Shown here piece after piece: positions 58,213 to 64,000 of a DNA stretch of 64,000 nucleotides. The DNA is from Candidatus Cloacimonadales bacterium. GTDB taxonomy: Bacteria; Cloacimonadota; Cloacimonadia; Cloacimonadales; JAIOQZ01. The position numbers and the translations under genes are program-made. Each line of letters starts with the position of its first letter. Position 1 is the stretch's first letter. The stretch spans positions 2,944,001-3,008,000 of the forward strand of contig OY762463.1 in the NCBI GenBank assembly GCA_963665815.1, read 5' to 3'. Below the pieces are notes generated by a model. The model made no database searches, was not told the DNA's origin, and saw only the letters and a program-made list of their open reading frames with translations.

Positions 58213-59148
58213 TTAAAACTCGTTACATGAAACTTGTAATCTTCCGTTTATGCAGGCAGCACTCCGTACTTTTTTCTTTGCTTTCTCATTTAGTTTTTTT
58301 ACATTATTGATGCCGTAGGATTGGATTTTTATGAAGTTTTTCTTGTCGATTCTGAATTGTATAAAGATTACCTTCAGATATTCCAAAGTTTTTACAAAAA
58401 CATATAACTGATATTTTTTCCCGGGTTTTAATACAATTGCCCAGTCCAGTATCCTATCAATCTTTAATTCTTCTATGATTCGCAAGTCAACATCAGCTCC
58501 ATAATGTTTCATTATGCTGAAGTCACCTGCTTGTAGATTCTTACAGAAAGTTTTCATCATATTTGTAATGTTAATGTATTGCCGATATTGCAGTATTGAC
58601 TTGCCGACATTCTGGTGCCTTAGTCTCTTAATGTTGGCCTTTAAATTGCGTTTCATAATATTTATTTTCTTATCTACAGTATGATAATTAATATTCATTT
58701 TACTGGCAATACTTTTAATGGAGTTGGGAGATTTCTGCCATGTTCTGAATAGTTTTTTCTCATTCTTTTTAAGCATGGATACAGCTTTTTTGTGCAGCTC
58801 AATATCCTTTTCTCTATTACTGATGTATCTCAGACTACTTCCTGAGGAATGGTATGAATACTTTTCTTCTTCGAACTCTTTGATAGATTTCTGATTCAGG
58901 ATAAATCTTCCTGATAATCCTGAGTCGATACTTACAAGTCTTCGCTTTTTCCTGATATAGGCAATTGACTCATTCTTAACAACGGTGAATAGCCAGCTTT
59001 CTATACATTCAACAGAATCTATTCTCTTAATAAGCTTTAACAAAGAATTATGTACAATATCTTCAGCAGTATTATGCTCTTTCACAATTGAAAGTGCTTT
59101 GTAGAAAGCTTGTTTTCGTAAGTAGTTAAATCTTTGTTCTTCAATCAT
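58213..59148 (-). CDS. ECF-like sigma factor with long basic C-terminal extension
   Basis: Region 2 motifs AEDIVHNSLLKL and SWLFTVVKN..I.YIRK, region 4-like SIKSIASKMNINYHTV, then ~130 extra aa. AGGGGG RBS before 59148. Confidence 0.75.
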   Translation of the reverse strand: MIEEQRFNYLRKQAFYKALSIVKEHNTAEDIVHNSLLKLIKRIDSVECIESWLFTVVKNESIAYIRKKRRLVSIDSGLSGRFILNQKSIKEFEEEKYSYHSSGSSLRYISNREKDIELHKKAVSMLKKNEKKLFRTWQKSPNSIKSIASKMNINYHTVDKKINIMKRNLKANIKRLRHQNVGKSILQYRQYINITNMMKTFCKNLQAGDFSIMKHYGADVDLRIIEELKIDRILDWAIVLKPGKKYQLYVFVKTLEYLKVIFIQFRIDKKNFIKIQSYGINNVKKLNEKAKKKVRSAACINGRLQVSCNEF

Positions 59149-59172
59149 TATATACCCCCTTATATTCATGAA

Positions 59173-59323
59173 GAGATCTTTTAATAATTGGAGTAGTTGA
59201 CTCGATTTTAGAATTCAACAAATTCTGACTCAATATAAGCATCTCTAAGTGAATCTCATTGAATCCTAAAATCTCACCGATTTTTACCAACTCTGCTTGA
59301 TTCTGCTATGATGCATAGCTCTC
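59173..59323 (+). mobile_element. MITE family A, long copy
   Basis: GAGATCTTTTAATAATTGGAGTAGTTGACTCGATTTTAGAATTCAACAAATTCT ... ATGCATAGCTCTC. Perfect 5-bp direct repeat ATGAA on both sides. Confidence 0.75.
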
Positions 59324-59594
59324 ATGAAGTTATGATTTAGTGTCCAAATTTCTTGAGTCAGCAAACTCTTATGGGTATAGGAAGCATTATGGTTACTCTT
59401 AAGACAAGTAAATAATTGAGATCTTTGCAAGTTGGATTAAGATGATTAGTTTTGGTGTCAAAACATCTTTTTGCTACGAAATTTTCCTGAAAATTTCTGT
59501 TAATATATTGTATTAGCTTGTGTAAAAAACTTGTATTCGAGGGTTACTATGTATCCGTATTTTTCAGCAACAGGAAATGCAAAACTGCATAGAC

Positions 59595-59626
59595 AAAAAA
59601 AAGGCTGTATCAACAGCCTGTTTTTA
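59595..59626 (-). terminator. Terminator of the 59646-61283 gene
   Basis: AAAAAAAAGGCTG-TATCAA-CAGCCTGTTTTT. Confidence 0.7.
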
Positions 59627-59645
59627 TAGTATCTGGTCGAATGAA

Positions 59646-61283
59646 TTATTTCATTAAGACCATTTTAGATGTTTTAGTGTATTCAGGAGTCACGAGTTTA
59701 TAGAAATAAACACCTGAACTTACATTATTACCACTCGCATCTTTTCCTTTCCAGATAACACTGTCATTTTCTATAACTTCTCTTTTGTCGAATAGTGTTA
59801 CAACTTTTTGACCCTTGATATTATAAATCACGAGTGAAGCATTAACCGTTTCACCGATCTGACCTTTAAGAGAAAATTCAATCTTAGTTTCGGGATTGAA
59901 TGGGTTTGGATAGTTAGTGGAAAGTTGGGTTGCTTCTACAAATTTTGGAGCTGCTTTGTCAATTGTAATGGATTGTGGTCCGTGGAACCCACCTGTGTTA
60001 TTATCAGCTTGAACTACTTCAATCCAGTAGTAATAAGTTTTATCCAAAGCAACTTCTTCATCGCAATATTGATATTCTTGAGTAACCGATGTGTTGGTTG
60101 CAGCTATAAGTTGATTACTATTTATTGGTGTAGCGTCCGTGATGTCAGTATTTAAGCTGCGGAATAACCTGAATCCAATAAGATCTGCTTCTGATTTAGT
60201 TGACCATGTAATGTTTACAAACTGATTTGCATCAACAGCTACGTTAAATCCTGCAAATTCAACGGGTAGTGATCCATCGCTGCCTGGAGTAGCTATATCC
60301 GGTGTTGTTGGAGAAGTCCATGTTGAAGGATTCAGGTGCAGATAACGTTCGTCGTTATTTACAACAGGTGTTGTATCAATTACTTCACGTGCATCAGGAA
60401 TGTTAAGAGAGTATGAGTAACCATCACCAATTCCTAATTGCAGATCCCCTTGTATGAATACGGTTGTGCTCATATCAAGTGTAATCCCCCATGCTGCTTC
60501 AAAAGTTGCCTGATCAGCTCCGTTAGAGATAATAATTGCACCGTCAGGTTCAACTGTTCCTGAAAGTGATACAGAAATAGCTGTTGTAACTTTTTCAACT
60601 GTTACGTTAGTAAGGTCTACTTCGTCATCTGTTACGTTTTTCACTTCAATAAATGCTGTTGTTCCTACTTGTCCAGCAAGATTATCAGAGATTTCACTGA
60701 AGAAGAGTGAACCGTATATGGGGGCTACTGGAGCTGATCCGCTAAGTACAACATCATGATCTCCATAGAATGTTCCATTAGTAACAGGAGATGCATCGTA
60801 TTGAGTAATAGCGTTTTGAACACCAGTGATGTCCCATCTTAAGTTTGTATTTTGAGCAGCATCTGCAACATCAAACACCAGAACGATACAATCTGTCCAT
60901 GTATTATCAAGGAAATAGCACATAACCGGACTGCTTGCACTGCCATCGTATACACCATTGAGACCACATTTGTAGGATGACATTTGTACAGGTATGAGAG
61001 AATAGACGTCAATTCCAAAAAATTCATGGTCATCAATTGGTCCCATACAATAGGATTCTGAAATGTTATAATTTAGACAAGCATTGTTATATAGTATACG
61101 TAAGTTAAATGAACCAACAGGAATATCTCCTGCATTTGATTTCACTTGTAGTTTTACTTTGTATTTTCCATTTGCTGCATCGTATCCCATGCCATCTGCA
61201 TCGTATACTATGCTATAGTCAATGGAAGCAAAAATTGTGCCTGTTAAAGTCAAAACAAAAACTATCACTAACATTTTTTTCAT
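59646..61283 (-). CDS. Secreted protein with cohesin-like N-terminal domain, lamin-tail-like domain and T9SS/FlgD-like CTD
   Basis: Signal peptide, VKLQV..VGSFNLRILYN..L pattern, LFFSEI..FIEVKN..VDL (lamin-tail-like), SLPVEFAGF, NYPNPFNPET CTD. Confidence 0.72.
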   Translation of the reverse strand: MKKMLVIVFVLTLTGTIFASIDYSIVYDADGMGYDAANGKYKVKLQVKSNAGDIPVGSFNLRILYNNACLNYNISESYCMGPIDDHEFFGIDVYSLIPVQMSSYKCGLNGVYDGSASSPVMCYFLDNTWTDCIVLVFDVADAAQNTNLRWDITGVQNAITQYDASPVTNGTFYGDHDVVLSGSAPVAPIYGSLFFSEISDNLAGQVGTTAFIEVKNVTDDEVDLTNVTVEKVTTAISVSLSGTVEPDGAIIISNGADQATFEAAWGITLDMSTTVFIQGDLQLGIGDGYSYSLNIPDAREVIDTTPVVNNDERYLHLNPSTWTSPTTPDIATPGSDGSLPVEFAGFNVAVDANQFVNITWSTKSEADLIGFRLFRSLNTDITDATPINSNQLIAATNTSVTQEYQYCDEEVALDKTYYYWIEVVQADNNTGGFHGPQSITIDKAAPKFVEATQLSTNYPNPFNPETKIEFSLKGQIGETVNASLVIYNIKGQKVVTLFDKREVIENDSVIWKGKDASGNNVSSGVYFYKLVTPEYTKTSKMVLMK

Positions 61284-61574
61284 ATAATATCCTCCAATAT
61301 AAAATATTTTACATCAAAATACTGTTAACGTTTGCTGTATGTCAAATCTTTTTTGACATAAGAAATATTTTATTAGATGTAAGTAAGAATCAGATAAATC
61401 AACTTAATCTATTAACAAATTGAGAATTAAATGTTACTTTAGTTTCGATGAAGTTGGGAAAGAGAATAAGCCTTTGGTGAATAAAACGAAAAAAACAGCT
61501 TTTCAACACTCTGAAATTAACAAAGAAATAATTGTGTTCCAACATGAAGTAAATAGTAAACGGAATTATTAGAT

Positions 61575-62714
61575 TTAAGATAGTAAAAGTATGTTTTTAT
61601 AATCCATGTTAATAAAATTCTGAACCATAATGTTAATATCAAGTATTTCATTTATGGATTTTGATGCTGCTCCTGAAAATTTGCTGCATGCATACTCTGT
61701 AAGAGTAAGGATATCTGAAAAGCCGATCTTACCATCAAGAAACAGTATGACAGCGGCTTCATTGGCAGCATTCAGTATACAGGGCATACTTCCACCTTTT
61801 TTTCCTGCCTGCAATGCCAGATAAAACAATGGATACCTTTCTATGGGAATATCTTCGAATGTCAGAGCAGGTAAAGAGAGCAGATCTGTATCTATAATTT
61901 CCGGTCCTGAATGGGCAGGATAATTTAATGCATATTGAATAGGAAGAGTCATGCTTGGATTACTCATTTGAGCAATCATCGAACCATCAGTAAATTTAAC
62001 GATAGAGTGGATTATTGATTGTGGGTGTATAACAGCAGTTATTTTATCATAATCTGTCCTGAAAAGCCAGTGAGCTTCTATTACTTCCAGTCCCTTGTTC
62101 ATCATTGTAGCAGAGTCTATAGTTATTTTCGCCCCCATACTCCAGGTTGGATGATTCAAAGCTTCAGAAATTGATATATTCTGAATATCTTCCAATGGTA
62201 CTTTTCTGAAGGGACCACCTGAAGCGGTGAGTATAAGCTGTTTAACTTCTTTATCATCAGCTTTACCGAGAGCTTGAAGTATAGCACTGTGTTCACTGTC
62301 AACCGGGATGATTTCCGCATTGGTATGTTGGAAGAATTGTCCTGCCATGACGAGTGATTCTTTATTTGCAAGTGCCAGAATACAATCTCTACCGGAAACT
62401 GCGTAAGAATATTCAAGACCTGCAGATCCTGAGATTGCATTAACCACAATATCGTAGTCAATGGTTTTCAGAGCATCAATCAGAGCTTCTTTACCGGATA
62501 TCACCTCAGCGTTTTTGATTTCTGCTGTATCTGTTTGAGAATTGGCGACTGCAAGATAATCTATTCCGAATTCATTAATAATACTATTGATTCCGCTGAT
62601 TGAACGATTTACAGATGCCAGTACAATTTTGAACTTATCTCTGTTTTTTCTGATAACCTCTAATGAGGATTTTCCTATTGATCCGGAAACACCGAGAATT
62701 ACAATTTTCTTCAT
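61575..62714 (-). CDS. dxr: 1-deoxy-D-xylulose-5-phosphate reductoisomerase
   Basis: LGVSGSIG, LALANKESLV, PVDSEHSA, LTASGGPF, HPTWSMGAKITIDSATMMNKGLEVIEA. Confidence 0.97.
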   Translation of the reverse strand: MKKIVILGVSGSIGKSSLEVIRKNRDKFKIVLASVNRSISGINSIINEFGIDYLAVANSQTDTAEIKNAEVISGKEALIDALKTIDYDIVVNAISGSAGLEYSYAVSGRDCILALANKESLVMAGQFFQHTNAEIIPVDSEHSAILQALGKADDKEVKQLILTASGGPFRKVPLEDIQNISISEALNHPTWSMGAKITIDSATMMNKGLEVIEAHWLFRTDYDKITAVIHPQSIIHSIVKFTDGSMIAQMSNPSMTLPIQYALNYPAHSGPEIIDTDLLSLPALTFEDIPIERYPLFYLALQAGKKGGSMPCILNAANEAAVILFLDGKIGFSDILTLTEYACSKFSGAASKSINEILDINIMVQNFINMDYKNILLLS

Positions 62715-62721
62715 GGGCTTC

Positions 62722-63687
62722 TCAATATTTCATTGCAAGAGATATTCTGTGTGAGTTTTCCAACTCCGAATCATTTTCATAACTGTAATTCAGATTAAAC
62801 TGCTTAATTGAAATGGAAAGTCCTGCTGTTATATTTTCCAGATCCTTACCTGTAAACAGTTCTACATTCTCTGTTACATGTGCTGAGAACCCAAGGTGAT
62901 AATCCCCACTGAAAGCTCCTGCGTCAAATTGAGAAGATTCTTCTCTTCCTTCGAAATATATGTCAGAAGAAATGTAAATATTACCTTTCCTATTCAATAT
63001 TGGGATAGGAAACTGATATCTTAATCCTATATCAAGGTTAGGTGTAACAGATTCCTGAGTCCCATTTTCCCAGAAGATTCTGGTTGTAACAGCATCTCTA
63101 AGGTTAATACCAAGAAGAACTCTTTCGTTTAACTGTTTGTGAGTAGAAATGTCAAAGCCAAATCCATAACCGGATTTTTCAGCAATTGAGCGATGTATGA
63201 TTTTTGTCGTAATACCTATAGGAATGTTACGCATTTCTCTTTTAATACCAAGATGAACAATGTAATCAACATCAGAAACAGATTTATACTTATACGGTCT
63301 GTTCGAAGAAGAAACTCCGGATGGATCATCAACTCGTGTCAGAGGAACATCATCTACTGCAATACGACTGATGTTATAGGACAGTTCTCCGAATCTGTAC
63401 AGTGTTCCTGATACCATATCGAATTTAACCGCTCCATTGAATTCTTCTGAGTGGAGAACTTCGACAATATCACTGTCTGTCTTTTTAATCAAAGACGGAT
63501 TCCAGTAAGCCAGGGCTATTGCATCGGTATCTGTGACACCGGTATTACCCATGGCATAGTTTCTGATACTTGCACCCATGCGGAAAATTTCTCCTGCATA
63601 TTTGTCACCGCACCAGATGTTTACTGCCACAGTTGTTAAAAGAGCAAGTAATATTATTTTACTTTTTTTTATCATAATTATCCTCAT
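62722..63687 (-). CDS. PorV/UPF0164-like outer-membrane beta-barrel protein
   Basis: Signal peptide, GASIRNYAMG..YWNPS N-terminal motif, alternating beta-strands, C-terminal HRISLAMKY. Confidence 0.65.
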   Translation of the reverse strand: MRIIMIKKSKIILLALLTTVAVNIWCGDKYAGEIFRMGASIRNYAMGNTGVTDTDAIALAYWNPSLIKKTDSDIVEVLHSEEFNGAVKFDMVSGTLYRFGELSYNISRIAVDDVPLTRVDDPSGVSSSNRPYKYKSVSDVDYIVHLGIKREMRNIPIGITTKIIHRSIAEKSGYGFGFDISTHKQLNERVLLGINLRDAVTTRIFWENGTQESVTPNLDIGLRYQFPIPILNRKGNIYISSDIYFEGREESSQFDAGAFSGDYHLGFSAHVTENVELFTGKDLENITAGLSISIKQFNLNYSYENDSELENSHRISLAMKY

Positions 63688-63998
63688 TTTACTAATTCAA
63701 CGTAGCTGCCAAGAATTCGTTTCAATTGACCTTTCTTAAAAGATATTGTCAATTTTGCATTCTTATCTTTTCCTTCTACGTTAAGGATTACACCATCGCC
63801 AAAATTTTTATGTCTGACTTTCATCCCAATCTTGAAAAATTTCTCAGATTCAAGTACAATATTCATGTTTGGGATTTTAGCTCTTGAAGTATAGCTATTA
63901 GTATTAGAGCCATTTTCATACCAATTCAGAAGATCTCTGTCAATTTCAAAAAGAAATCTGGACTGTCTTGATTGCTCAGTTTTTCCAAAGTTCCTTCT
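63684..63998 (-). CDS. pcrA: 3' end of a PcrA/UvrD helicase (C-terminal Tudor domain); 5' part lies outside the window
   Basis: The frame is open to the window edge and reads RRNFGKTEQSRQSRFLFEID (SRFLxEI motif), then FKIGMKVRHKNFGDGVILNVEG..LTISF..LKRI. Confidence 0.8.
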   Translation of the reverse strand, partial: RRNFGKTEQSRQSRFLFEIDRDLLNWYENGSNTNSYTSRAKIPNMNIVLESEKFFKIGMKVRHKNFGDGVILNVEGKDKNAKLTISFKKGQLKRILGSYVELVK

Positions 63999-64000
63999 GA

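Overview
AT-rich bacterial DNA. Four secreted proteins end in an NYPNPFNP...KGQKV...SSGVYFY (FlgD-Ig/T9SS-like) C-terminal domain and a PorV-like gene is present, which suggests Cloacimonadota or a related FCB lineage (inference). Housekeeping genes include polA, engB, queD, mtnA, an ftsB-like gene, PPi-PFK, comEC, dxr and the 3' end of a pcrA/uvrD gene. The most striking feature is an 11.2-kb, eight-gene minus-strand operon (15494-26726). It joins saccharopine dehydrogenase and an AASS-type lysine-ketoglutarate reductase to a CitD-CitE fusion, CitF, a Lys12-like homoisocitrate dehydrogenase, an HD protein and two fused large+small aconitases, one with a substituted catalytic His. I infer a candidate route linking lysine/saccharopine to homocitrate through a citrate-lyase-like enzyme: either a reversed alpha-aminoadipate pathway, or biosynthesis without homocitrate synthase. 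Other observations: a MITE family with 5-bp target duplications (five copies, one supplying the comEC stop codon), a second MITE family, mosaic REP clusters, a three-gene island with a shared promoter module 69 nt before each start and a 156-bp identical 3' end, a decayed IS256, a GGA-to-TGA interrupted FG-GAP gene and a stray tfoX fragment.
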